Source of the DNA: Sphaerodactylus townsendi
Lineage: Eukaryota
Direction of reading: 5' to 3'
NCBI RefSeq assembly: GCF_021028975.2
Contig: NC_059428.1
Location: forward strand, 31,124,001-31,188,000
Length of the DNA stretch: 64,000 nt
Positions 26,936 to 38,839 of the stretch are shown one piece after another. The translations under genes were made by a program, and so were the position numbers. Under the pieces are notes generated by a model that saw only the letters and a program-made list of their open reading frames with translations, was not told the DNA's origin and did not search any database. Numbering within the stretch: the stretch's first letter is position 1; the number at the start of each line of letters is the position of its first letter.

Positions 26936-27436
26936 GACAATATTGGTGGAGGGGAGGCTCCATCTTGGCACTGACCAGCCCTGGAGCTGCTTAACTTCAG
27001 CATGGTTTCTGCATCACAAGCCTGTAGCCCATAAACCTGTAAAACCTGAACGTACCACTCCTGGTCCACTCTTTGGCTGAGTGACATTGTTGGGAATGTA
27101 GTATTGGCACCTTCAAAGGTCTTCTCACCTATTTATTGATAATTTAGATTTACTAAACTGCCCACCCCCGAAGGGCTCTGGGCAGTGTACAATAAAATAC
27201 TTCAGTTAAAATACATCATAAAATTTAAAAGCCACAACAACCACCAATTTAACACAGACATCAGTTGGCGAACGCTCTATATCCCGAGAACAGGAAAAAG
27301 TATGACCCCTATCAGTGTAGGAGATGGCACCCATCAGCGGCTGTCTCCTCAAAATGCCCGGTGAAACAGCTCTGTTTTGCAATCCTGTGGAACTGTTCAA
27401 GTACCCGAATGGATGGAGGCAGAGTGTTCCATCAGG

Positions 27437-27555
27437 CAGAGGCATAGCTTCAAGGGGGCGGGCGGGGGCATTCCAGGGCAGGGCCAGACAGGGGTGTGGC
27501 AGGGGCAGAGGACACACCAGTACACCGGGTGCTTTCCCCCCTCACTCTGTCCCTG
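27437..27555. mobile_element. hAT-type MITE
   Basis: CAGAGGCATAGC...CCCTG; TSD CCATCAGG/CCACCAGG. Confidence 0.65.
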
Positions 27556-28559
27556 CCACCAGGCTGGGGCCAGAACACTAAGGCCCTGGCCCAAGTGGAG
27601 GCCAGCTGCATCATGGAGGGGCCAGGGACCTATGATAAATAAGAGAAGTCGCTTAATTCCCCCATCTGTCTAAAGATTCTACATACAAATAAAACATCCT
27701 CCTTTTTTCATAATGAAATGAAATGAAATGAAAACGACATTATGAAATCAATTTGGAGTAGATTCGGAACAGATTCAAAAGTAACTTCTTACATAAAGCA
27801 TAATCAGTTTATGAATGGGAAGGGACTGTGGTGTGATTGTTGGTAAAACATTTGCTTTGTGTGGAGAAGGTTCCAGGTTCAATCCTTGATCATTACAGAT
27901 AAAAGGCTCAGGTGATGTTTTTCCTACAGAGGGAGCTTTACTAAATAGTCAGTGGCTAGATAGGGCCTAGGGTTTGGCACCTTTACTCTATCATGCTGGT
28001 TCTATCCCTTTGATATTAGACTGATACTCAGGAACTTCCTTCCGCCTTCTTCTCGACCACTTCTCCATCTTTCTTTTACCATGCCTAGAGGAAGAATGGG
28101 TGCTCTGTGCATCTGTCCCCATCCAGCTAGAATAGGATAGATTAGTGAACCTATCTATCTACCTTTCTATCCAGAATGGAGTTCACTAATAAATACTCTT
28201 TTTATTAGATTAGAAACTACAACTGACTCCAAGTTTCTTTTGTGTAGGCTTGCCGTGCATTGGGATCCGTCATGCGCACGCACACGAGATAAGGCTTCTG
28301 CTGTGCTCTAAGCCATCCGTGCACTCTGCCAAATACGATTAGGAATAAACTCCAAATGCCAGGAGCTCTTATTCCAACAATGTGAAAGATTCATAGCAAG
28401 TAGCTGCCAGTCAGAATTCTCAATACTGGCCTTGGGAGAGCAAGAGTGTGACTTTGTGGGTGTCCATGAATTTTGTTTACAGCTTCAAGTTGTGGTGATG
28501 GCCACTGCCTTGTGTTAGATCAGTTCTTGGAGGATAGATCTTCTATCAGTGGACGTTAC

Positions 28560-29670
28560 CCATCATAGCTATATGGTGAACAAACATGTAAATAACAGTG
28601 ATCTACTAGATATGCTATATCTGGTCTTCCAGATGGCGTTTGACAAGGTACATCCTCAAAGGCTCTGGAGGAAGCTTAGCAGTCACGGGGTAAGAGAACA
28701 GTTCCTTTTATGGAGCAGAGAGCAAGTGTAAATAGCAAATACTCTCAACTGAGAGAAATGAAAAATGGGGTCCCATAAGAACTAATATTGGAGCCAATGC
28801 TATTTAACTTGTTCATAAATAATCTAAAACTATTTATTTATTTATTTATTTTTATTTTTATTATTTAGATTTTTATATCGCCCCTCCCCAAGGGGATGTG
28901 TACTATAGTGGCTAAGTTTGCAGATGACACAACGTTTATTCAAGATGATGAAAACCAAGACTGACTTTGAAAAGGAAGATTTCCCAGAGGATCTCCACAC
29001 ATTGGGTTAGTAAGCAGCACCGTGACAAATGAAGGTCAGTATAGGTGAGTGTAAGAACAAATCCCAACTTTGGAGGTGCATGCTAGTAGGCTCTGAACTT
29101 TATGAGACTTGAGACCGAAAGAAGAAGAAGAAGAGTTTGGATTTATATCCCCCCTTTCTCTCCTGCAGGAGACTCAAAGGGGCTTACAATCTCCTTGCCC
29201 TTCCCCCTTCACAACAAACACCCTGTAAGGTAGGTGGGGCTGAGAGAGTTCCGAGAAGCTGTGACTAGCCCAAGGTCACCCAGCTGGCATGTGTGGGAGT
29301 GTACAGGCTAATCTGAATTCCCCAGATAAGCCTCCACAGCTCAGGCGGCACAGCTGGGAATCAAACCCGGTTCCTCCAGATTAGATACACGAGGTACATG
29401 CTAGTAGGCTCTGAACTTTATGAGACTTGAGAGCGAAAGACACCTTAGGTTGGCAGTGGATAGCTCAATGATGTCAACCCAATGTGCCACAGCAGTGGAA
29501 GAATAAGATGGAATTCTAACATGGGAGTTATTACAGAGGGATTAGAAATGAAGAACTAACACGAGTAGAATGTCTCTCTATGGTACAGCTTCATTCGGAA
29601 TGCTGTGTGCAGTTCTGGTCACCGTATCTCAAAAAGGACATTGCAGATCTGAAAATAGTACATTGGGGCA
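28560..29670 (+). mobile_element. Degraded CR1 LINE RT fragment, interrupted by a SINE
   Basis: LYLVFQMAFDKV..RLWRKLSSHG, aagtttgcagatgacac (KFADDT) and tgtgtgcagttctggtc (CVQFW). Confidence 0.75.
29123..29393 (-). mobile_element. Squam3-type SINE, 5'-clipped, flanked by a 50-bp direct repeat
   Basis: Near-identical to the 14071 copy; flanking repeats 29073-29122 and 29391-29440. Confidence 0.85.
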
Positions 29671-29899
29671 TTGATGGTTGGTGTCGTGCCTGTGCTCTTC
29701 CGCAATGAGGCAGACTCAAAGTCTAGTGAAATGTGATTTTATGGAGTACTTACTAGGGATACACAACTGGCTGTTGCCAGAACTGATATTCAATAATCAT
29801 AGCAGTAAGCATAAGGCCAAGCTAAAGCCTTCCACCTGCCAAAACACATCACACATCACACACACACACACACACACACACACTCCAACCTATCAGGAT

Positions 29900-30620
29900 A
29901 TTTATGAAGAACCTCAATGAGAGCAGAAGCAGAAACTTGCTGTGCATAAACCCATTCATCCTTCCCCAGGGAGAAATGCTTCCAGCAGGTGAGGTACTGA
30001 AACCAGCTCCACTGGAGCTGAGAGTCCAGAATCTGTATCACCTCGTAATGAAAGTTCTCATCAACCATGATGGGCACAGGGACTGTGGTGCCAGGATGCC
30101 ATACATCTGGGAGAGGCGCCCATTTCAGAAAGCTGGGATGAAAGGTGAGATGGATGGCCCTGTAAGTCTTAGTGATGTGATTTGACACTTAGGCAATTCA
30201 AGTTTCACAGTCACATCACCGATCACACATTTAACTGGAAAAGGTCCCCAACTTGTGTCGCAGTTTTTTGGCAATGTAGGTTCTTAGTGGAAACATAGAC
30301 CAAGCCCCACCTACATTTCAGGGTGTTTGTTGTGAGGGGGGAAAGGGAAAGGAGTTTGTAAGCCCCTTTGAATCTCCTTACAGGAGAGAAAGTGGGGATA
30401 TAAATCCAACTCTTCTTCTTCTTCAAGTCCCCCATCACCAGAGACGGGGCTGGCAAGTGTTTTTATCCACATATTTTTAGAGGAAGCTTTAGCCTGCTCC
30501 ATTGGCCTTGCCTCCTAGATCCTGGTTTCCCCAGGATCTCAGATCTGCAGAGGCATCCTTGGGACATCTCAGGTCAGAGGTAGGTTTACCCTCCTGCCCA
30601 GTGAGCACCTTAAATGGGGA
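29900..30620 (-). mobile_element. Gypsy/chromovirus integrase C-terminus plus chromodomain fragment
   Basis: IHLTFHPSFLK...PIMVDENFHYEVIQILDSQ...QYLTCWKH...EWV, matching the chromoviral HxVFHxSxLK plus chromodomain pattern. Interrupted by a SINE 3' half at 30300-30424. Confidence 0.75.
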
Positions 30621-31039
30621 TAGTTCAGTAGTTAGATGCACCACATTGTTATAAGTTAATTCAGCCAATGCAATAACTCCAGCGCAACTGACTGGCTACT
30701 GTCTGAAGCAGGATGCTGGACTAGATAAACCACTGGCCTGATCCAGCAGGATTCTTCTTGTGTACATAGGGTCTTATCTATTTAGTATCTTACAGTTCCT
30801 CTGAACATTATTTTCTTGGGGGCAAACAATACCTGGCTGTCAGGTGCTGGAAGCAGGATAATGGAACTTGACATGATCCACTGAGAATTCTTGCTTTCTT
30901 TTCATCTGCAGAAATCTACTTCACTCAGTTAGAAGAAGCTAGACAGAGAATTGGGTGTCAAGGATTCTCAGCTATGGGATTTTGCTCTCCTGTGAGACTG
31001 AGAGAACTAGATATTGATGAGGAACAGTTGGCATTATGT

Positions 31040-31430
31040 GCAGCATAATTACTAAACAGAAATCTTTCCCAAGGCATCTGTTTATAAACATATTAGCAAA
31101 TCATTGGGTTTTGAGTAATTAAGTGATTGTGAAGTGACCCTTGGAAGAAATGGGAGTTATTGTGATCCAGTTTGGGATCTAGCTAGCTATGGAGCAGAAG
31201 ATAAGGCAGATTGATTGGAAAATGAGACACAGGAGAGAACAGCAAAAGTTGATTCTCAGCTTCCAAACTTATTTTCTTCCTTCTAGCTGCTCCAAGTTTG
31301 GCTCCTGTGATTTCCTGGGTGTCTCTCTCTGGTGTCCAAAGAGATCGGGAACCAGTGAAGCAAGTAGACGGGGGCTTAATTTTGAGAGAAAGGTGCAATT
31401 AGATGGTGAGTGCAAAGTCAACATGAACAG
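31040..31430 (+). promoter_or_regulatory. Pdx1 Area II-like enhancer block
   Basis: Core 31347-31424 GGGAACCAGTGAAGC...TGCAATTAGATGGTGAGTGCAAAGTCAACAT aligns with recalled mouse Area II and has a forkhead site GTCAACA at 31417-31423. The upstream part has palindromic TGTTTATAAACA and TAATTA sites. Confidence 0.5.
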
Positions 31431-31469
31431 TGTGCCTGAGTGAGAGAGCAGGAGCAAGTGAGACCAAGT

Positions 31470-31660
31470 AAGGGAAGTGATCTTTGTCCTTTGGGCTGCT
31501 TTCCGCCCCCTCATTGCCTTGTCACCAAGTCAACCAGACTCAGCTGGAAAGGAGCAGATTATTTATCTCCAGGGGTCAGTCCCTTTCAGGCTACCCAACT
31601 AGCTCCGGGCTAATCAATGCTCTCAGTACAATGAGCTTATTCACAGGTTCCAGGGCACAG
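31470..31660 (+). promoter_or_regulatory. Candidate Area III-like block directly after the Area II-like block
   Basis: Non-repetitive. E-box CAGCTG 31541-31546 and ONECUT-type AATCAAT 31612-31618. Its position matches the mammalian II-III order. Confidence 0.3.
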
Positions 31661-31978
31661 AAGGGAAAGGGATACTGAGGTGCAAGGCATCTGGCAAATG
31701 TATTGCTCCATCCCTCCATCTCTGTGTGTCTCTCTCTGCACTGGTGCATCATCCTGAGAAAATCACATGGCCAAATGGATACCCAGTTTGGGAGATGTTG
31801 GGGTATGCACAAATGTGACACTCTTTATGGTGCATCTCTGTATAAATCTGTATCCCAGATACAGCTGTTGCACCAAGATGTAAACTTTATTCACTTTATA
31901 TGCTGACTATGCAAAAGACTTAAGATCAGCATTGGTATATGAAGGGACATATTTAGAAGGCGATCTAAGAAATTCATG

Positions 31979-32267
31979 GAAGAAGAAGAAGAGAAGAAGA
32001 GTTTGGATTTATGCCCCACCTTTCTGTCCTGTAAGGAGACTCAAGGTGGCTTACAAGCTCCTTTTCCCTCCTATCCCCACAACAGACCACTTGTGAAGTA
32101 GCTGGGACTGAGAGAGTTCTGAAGGACTGTGACTAGCCCAAGGAATGTAGGAGTGTGGAAACTCATCTGGTTCACCAGATAAGCCTCTGCCACTCAGGTG
32201 GAGGAGTGGGGAATGAAATCCAGTTCTCCAGATTAGAATCCACCTGCTCTTAACCACTACGCCATAC
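31979..32267 (-). mobile_element. Squam3-type SINE
   Basis: (GAA)n tail and tRNA head. Confidence 0.8.
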
Positions 32268-32590
32268 CACTACACAGGAAGATATAGCTATGAGTGGCCA
32301 TGGTGGCTAAATTGAACTTCCATCATCAGAAGCAGTGTAATTGGAAAGCCACCTGCTAAGGGGGCAATTTGCTAAATAGCTTATTGGAGGTACCTGGTTC
32401 CTCCTGCTGAAAAAGTATGATGCACTAATAGACAGATAGGAGGTGCCAGGGCTCAGGGGTAGAGCAGAAGCTCCAAAGTTCAGTCCACAGCATGTCCAGT
32501 TGAAAGGATCAGATTAGGTGGTAGGTGATGTAAAAGGAACTTACCTGAGACCCTGGAGAACAGTTTGAGTAGACAATAGGAGCCCTGCAT

Positions 32591-32745
32591 TGTTGCAGGC
32601 TTTCATAGCTGGAATCAACTAGCTGTTGTGGTTTTTCAGAGCTTGGTGGCCGTGGTCCGGTAGTTTTTGCATCTAATGTAAGTCAGAAGCAAAAACTACC
32701 AGACTATTACCAGACTATGATCACACAGCTCAGAAAATCCACAAA
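32591..32745. mobile_element. Penelope-like element fragment inserted in a Squam2-type SINE
   Basis: Same inverted arms (ggtagtttttgc / gcaaaaactacc). Confidence 0.6.
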
Positions 32746-33087
32746 TACCAATACTAACCTCAATGGGCCAGGGGTATGTTTCAGTATAAGGCAGCCCCAT
32801 GTGATGCTTGGTCTTATCCAGCTGGGATGTATGTTTGTTTATGTTCTAGCAATACTTTTAAAAAAATTCTGCTGTGTGTTCAGGCCATAATACCATCAAT
32901 GACAGAGGCGCGCTATACTGATATGCCACTACTACACCTAGGTGTGCTCTTCTCATGTGCATGCAAATAGTGGCTTTTCAATGCCTGGAATGAATATCCT
33001 GAAAGGACTGTTAAGGGTGCATGGACTGGACACTGTTTTATTAGTCCTGCTAGCGGTTTGCCTGTCTTTCAGATAGATAAAGCTCTG

Positions 33088-33330
33088 TATTGTCGAAGGC
33101 TTTCACAACTGGATTCAACTGGTTCTGGTGGGTTTTCTGGGCTGTGAGGCCGTGGTCTGGTGGATCTTGTTCCTAACATTTCGTGTGAAACAGACTTCCC
33201 TAATAGTGTGTAACAGACTTCCCTCTGTGATACACCTCTGAAGATGCCAGCCACAGATGAAGGCGAAATGTTAGGAACAAGATCCACCAGACCACGACCA
33301 CGCAGCCTGGAAAACCCACAACAACCAGAT
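33088..33330 (+). mobile_element. Penelope-like inverted-repeat element with hammerhead core
   Basis: Arms of about 65 bp are reverse complements of each other (…ggtctggtggatcttgttcctaacatttcg / cgaaatgttaggaacaagatccaccagacc…). Core CTGAAGA 33238-33244 and GAAA 33265-33268. Confidence 0.75.
33235..33275 (+). ncRNA. Minimal type I hammerhead ribozyme motif
   Basis: CCT-CTGAAGA-T-GCC...GGC-GAAA-TGTT-AGG. Stem I CCT/AGG, stem II GCC/GGC, loopless stem III with a U-G wobble. Predicted cleavage after GUU (33272). Confidence 0.55.
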
Positions 33331-33630
33331 AAAGTTCTGTTCCACTTATTTTGTTAATTAAATAAATGATTGCAAAGCCTCCATGAAGGGTCTTTTTGGG
33401 TCTCTCTTTTTTGAGAAACCTCCAGGAAAGGGACAGTTTCCAAGGACTTGTTCAGAAAACAGTAATTATGGTACAGATGTAAAGCTAGCTGGCAGGGACG
33501 GGGAGGCATAAACAGGAAGTCCCATGTATGTTTGGAAGCAGGGTGTCATAGAAGAGTAGCAAAATGGGGCTATGCTATTTGGAAGTGTGATTAAGAACCA
33601 AACTGATCCATGTATACTGCTTTAAGCAAC

Positions 33631-33826
33631 TTGTGCACTCCAACACACGCCAGCTGGGTGACCTTGGGCTAGTCACAGTTCTTCGGGGCTCTCTCACCCC
33701 CACCTACCTCACAGGGTGTTTGTTGTGAGTGGGGAGGGGAAAGGAGATTGTAAGTCCCCTTTGAGTTTCCTTACAGGAGAGAAAGGGGGGATATAAATTC
33801 AAACTCTTCTTCTTTTCTTCTTCTTC
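33631..33826 (+). mobile_element. Squam3-type SINE 3' half
   Basis: Core plus (CTT)n tail. Confidence 0.75.
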
Positions 33827-36800
33827 ATGAGGAAAGAGGACACCAATATGATAAATAAACATTAGGACTGTAGTTTATTTACCAACACTGGTCACATTGA
33901 ATCCCTGATACACAAGATTTCTTCTTTCTGCATAACATAGCATTTAACAGGAAGGAAATGCCACACTTAGTATATTACTTGCTTTAGTTTGTATGTTGAA
34001 CTGCCAGAGGGCAGTTCCCTCAAGTTCAACAGAATAGGGGAGAACCAAAAGGAGACTTCCAAAATGAATATTAGGCTCATGTGTTTAGATCCAGGGTCCA
34101 ATCTTATTTCTTTGTTCATTTATGTTATTTATAGTTTACTTCTCTCACTGACGTTCAAGTTGGTTTACACATTATAAATCAATGCAATCAACATTTAATA
34201 AGCACTGTAATAGGGCTAGGAATTGTAGAAATTTTGAAATGGAGCTGTCACTAGAGCAAAGCATAAGAAATAAGAATGACACATTAAACAATGCAGAACA
34301 TGGCATTACGTCAGTAGAACATAGTACATTTTCCTGGACCAATTGGTTGTGATTCAACCTATTTTAATCTGGCTACTAAGTTCCAGCTTTCTTCTCTGCA
34401 TTACTTTAGAGTAACTCTGACTTTAGGTTTGTAGAATACCCTTGGAGAGGATCATAAAGTAAGACAATCTCCTCTTCATTTGTCCTGTGATATTTAATGG
34501 GAGACCATGAGAAGTAAGTCAGTTGCGATGTATACATCCTATCCCTTCAGTCTATATAACCCTGCCCTATTTCTTGGTGCAACAGAGTGCAATGGCATAT
34601 TGGTAATTCTTTTAATTCCTTATCTGAAAATACAGAGAGCTGGTGTAAAAGAAGAAAAAGGCGTTCCAGGGGCATGGTGAGGGTGGGACGGGGGACGGGG
34701 TGGAGGACACACTGGTGCACCGGGTGCTTTCCCCCCTTGCTCCTCCTCTGTCAGGATCCCAACATAGCTGTGTACGATTAGCACTTTGGATGTTCAAATT
34801 CTAATAATTTATGGTGGAGGAAAGTTCCACCTAAAGCAACCAGTCAAGATAATTAAAATGTGTTTTAAGATTCTCTCTCTGGATGGTCAAATACATTCAT
34901 TCTCTTCTCCCTGTCTACCTTTGGTCTTTTCCTTCATATGCTCTCTTCACTTTACAATACTCTTGCTGCCTGATAAGACCCATCCTTAGTATTTCCTCTA
35001 CATTTCCCCCACTCTGGGTGTTCTACCTGCCTACACTCATTTGCATGATCTTCTCTGCTGCTTCTTTGAAAAATGCACATAGTGGTGAGAACCAACAAAT
35101 AGGCTGCAGAGAACAGAGTACAGACATGAAGCTTCAAGAGTGACTTCATGCTATTCACTCTTTCTCACCTGGTCTGCCTTGCAGGTTTGTTGTGAAGATA
35201 ACATGTGGAGGAGTGGACCATGTATGGCAAACCTGAGATTCTTAGAGGGATGGGCAGAATATAAGAGTGGGTCTGTGGCTCATGGGTAGAACATCTGCTT
35301 TGTGGGCAGAAGGTCCTCCTGGCATCTCCAGCTAAAAGTGTCAAGTAGGTGATGTGAAGGCAGCTTCATGCATTGAATACATAACATGAATGAAGATGTG
35401 AGCCCCTCCTTGCTCTGACTCTGTGCTGGGTTGTGATGGGATGCATGAAAAGAAAGGATTTACAGATGTTCACGTTTAGAGACTGACAGATGATGTTTGA
35501 ATACTAGGATTCAACAGGTGACAATTTTTGATGGAGCAAAGCTGTAGAGGGAAAGTATGAAATTGCATCGCAAAGCTTATGAACATCAGAAGAGCCCTGC
35601 TGGATCAGACCAGTGTCCACCTACTTTTTTCCAGGCTTGCGTGAGAGACCTTAACTTACTTCCTCTCAGACAGCGGGTTCAGTTTCCATTTGCATCTTTG
35701 GATGCTCTGATACTATTAAGAACAGTCACGTTCAGGGAACAAACCAGCCACACTTGAAACATTTTAAAGTTCAAAAATGCTTTCAGAACAAAATGACATT
35801 TCCCATTGAAACAAAAAGAGAGGTTCAAATGATCAAATTTGGTCGCCTTATTCTTTTTTCCCTAGTACGCAAAGTGTGTCTTGCATGTATAGTGGAAGAT
35901 TGAACTAAAGATGTCTTGGTTCCTGTGTGGAGCTACTCCACTGCATCACTTCCAGAAAGAAAAATTGATAAATAACCCTAAACAGGCCAAGATTCTGTCT
36001 CTGTCTAAAGCACAACTCCTCTAAAAAGGTGGTGGTGGTGGGAGAATATATTAGCTTGAGAAGCTCAATATGTCTGGTCTCCCCCATTTCTTCATCCCCC
36101 CAGTCTGTCCTTGCCTCTGATTCCATTTCAGCTCCCTCCACGACTCTGGATGAGATGACTGAACCTTCAGTCATCGAGAGTCCCACCTTCCCTCGAAGGA
36201 CTCTGCCCTTTCTCTCTTGCTGCTTCTGAGACTTGGGCCGATTCCCCATGGTCAATTACCTTGATGGAAAGGTGCAGTTTATTTTCAAACTTGGTTTGAT
36301 CTGAATAGGGAACTTATCCCATCAGCCTCTGTCAGCAGGTAGGGCTGATGGGAATTGTAGTTCCTGAACATCTGGAGAGAGCCGCAGGTTCCTGCAATTC
36401 CTGATCCTAAGATCAGGGTACAGGAACCTGCAGGCTCTCAGATGTTCAGGAACTACAATTTCCCATCAGCCTCTGTGTCCAGCAGGTAGGGGCTGAGTAG
36501 GGTGGATTCTAATTTCAGAGAAACCTGAGTCCTACAGATCTAGATTGAATTTCCTGGTGGGGATTTGGCCTGACTCAAGAAAGGATCTGAAATATTATTT
36601 GACTGTAGACATTTAAACTGGCATAAAGTCCCCACAAATATTAAGACTGCTGGTTCAGAAGAAACATCTAGTTTAAAAAGCAAAATATGCTGTGTCACAT
36701 TTATTGGTCCCAGCCAGAATGAATCATGAGCATGTAAAATTATCATTGTGAGGGATTTTCAGACATTTTAGCTTGATTGTGGTTTCTGTCAGTGATCCTC

Positions 36801-38839
36801 TAAAAAGGCTCGGCAGTGGAAAGTGGTATCAAGGGTTGCTGCTTCAGGAGTTGGGGCACTCTGGTCTAATTAAAGCAGTGGAATATGTTACCACTGGAGC
36901 TCCTTGCATCCAGCTGGTGTCAGATTCTCTCCTCCCTCACCACCCTTTCCAGAGACCTCTTAAGCACAACCTCATCTGTGGGACAGGCTTCTCCAGGAAG
37001 TGGCGGGCTCTCATTCTCTGGGGTTTTTTAAGCAGAGGCTGGATGTCCTTCTGACAGCAGGGCTGACTCTTAAGCAGACCGTGAGAGAGGGGACAGGAAG
37101 GGATATTGGCGCTGAGCTCTGATAGCCCTTTCTTACATGCCCAGGGTAATGCCAATCTCCACCTTGGGGTTAAGAAGGAATTTTCCTCCAGGCCACATGG
37201 TCCAAAGATCCTGGAAGGGTGTTTCTTTTAAACCTTCCTTGGGGATAGAGGAGGGATCACTGGAGTGGAGTGTGGGTGTTGTGAATTCCCTGTATTGGAC
37301 TAGATGGCCCTTTAAGTTCCCTCCAGCTCTGTTTTCAGGCAACAAAACTTGGAACAGCTGGTGTTCTCCCCCGTCTTTCTAACACCTTCCCTTCCCTCCT
37401 TGGTTCCTTGGTCCCCTTCTGTGTGTCAGACTAGGGACTGTAAGCTTCTGGGGCAGGTTGTGCGGATAACTCTGTAAAGCGCCCTTGCCTAACCAACAGC
37501 CAGCCGCCGCCACAGCAGCAACAACTGATACATTTTCTAGGCCAGAGCAAGATCCTACCTCTCCGGCTATCTGCCCCCATACACACAACTCCACAAAGAA
37601 CAATTCCACATTCAAATATTTGTGAATATATGGTCAATATTAGTAATAATTATGGGTTGTTGTGTATTTATTTAAATTTTGTTTTATGTTTAAGATATTT
37701 CTATTCACTTATATGAATAAAATGCTGCCTGGTAAGTAAACTGCTGACTTTTTGAAGGAAAGGTCTCCTTTCTGTTTGCAAGCAGAGCCTTGTGGTTGCA
37801 GGAACCGAGCGATAAGCCGTGTGTGGCCTTTCCTAATCTCTGGCTGATAGAATTCACCCGGGTCGACAGGTTTCCTAGGCCGGAGAGGTTTAAAATTCAA
37901 CAATCCTGGACACTTGTTGATTGAGCTTAAACAAACGCGAGGGGCGGCCGAGCGAGCCCCGCCACCTGCCCGGTTCGGAGGCCCGGGGACGCTCCCCTCG
38001 CCCCAGCCGGGAACAGACGGCCTTGGAAAGGGTTTCGGTTGGACTCTGGGAAGTCGCGAATTTGTTGGCACGGAGTCACAGGCATCCAGGAAGCCGGAGC
38101 GCCGACTCAGACGCCACCGCAGTCAGGACGTATCTCTCCATCCTACTGCTTTTGTACCCCTCCCTGGACCCGAGCAACCCAGGCCAGTTTACGCGGGTCT
38201 TTCCTCTCCTCCATCTTGTGCTCACAACAGCCCTTCGAGGTAGGTTAGGCTCAGAGATTAGAACTCTCCCTCACCGGCGAGCTTCGCGACTAGATATTTA
38301 CGCCCTGGTCCCTCCGGTAGCCCTAGATGGGAGCTGACCTCTATGGGGTATGAGTGGTAAATGGAGACACACACACACCCCAGCTAAGGGGCTTCCCTCC
38401 TTCCTTCCCTCCCTCCCTCTCTCTCTCTCTTATCCGTGTCTCTCCCTCTCGGGAAAACTTGGTCTGAACTGACAAGGTCGCGATTTCTGTTCTGATGAAC
38501 CAGTCTTATTTTGCAGGCCCTCAACCCTCATCTTGCTGTCCTCCCTGGAGAACTTTGTGTGTTGGAAAAGCACAGAATTTAAGTTAAATGCCAGATCTAA
38601 CTGAGGGCGAATTGCGGGTCGGACTGTCAAGAAATCGTTAGCCACGGAGTTCGGCAGTTAATTTATTTATCTTTTGTTAAAAGGAGCCAGGCTCAGCCCT
38701 GCATGGAAACCACCCCTTTTGACCAGAAGCTCCACCTGACAGACGCAGTTTATCAGAGAGTGTGACAAAGCACTTTGCACCTGCTCAGAAACGCTCTCGC
38801 TAGAAGTTTGATGTTTGCCCCATTCAGGCTGAGGCGGGC

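Noticed and set aside
31065-31080. PTF1 site (TTTCCCA then CATCTG)
   Set aside because: Box order is reversed relative to the canonical E-box then TC-box arrangement.
36855-36875. Reverse-strand AATTAGACCAGAGTGC resembling Area II
   Set aside because: Short, inverted and without flanking similarity; the 31347-31424 match is much longer and colinear.
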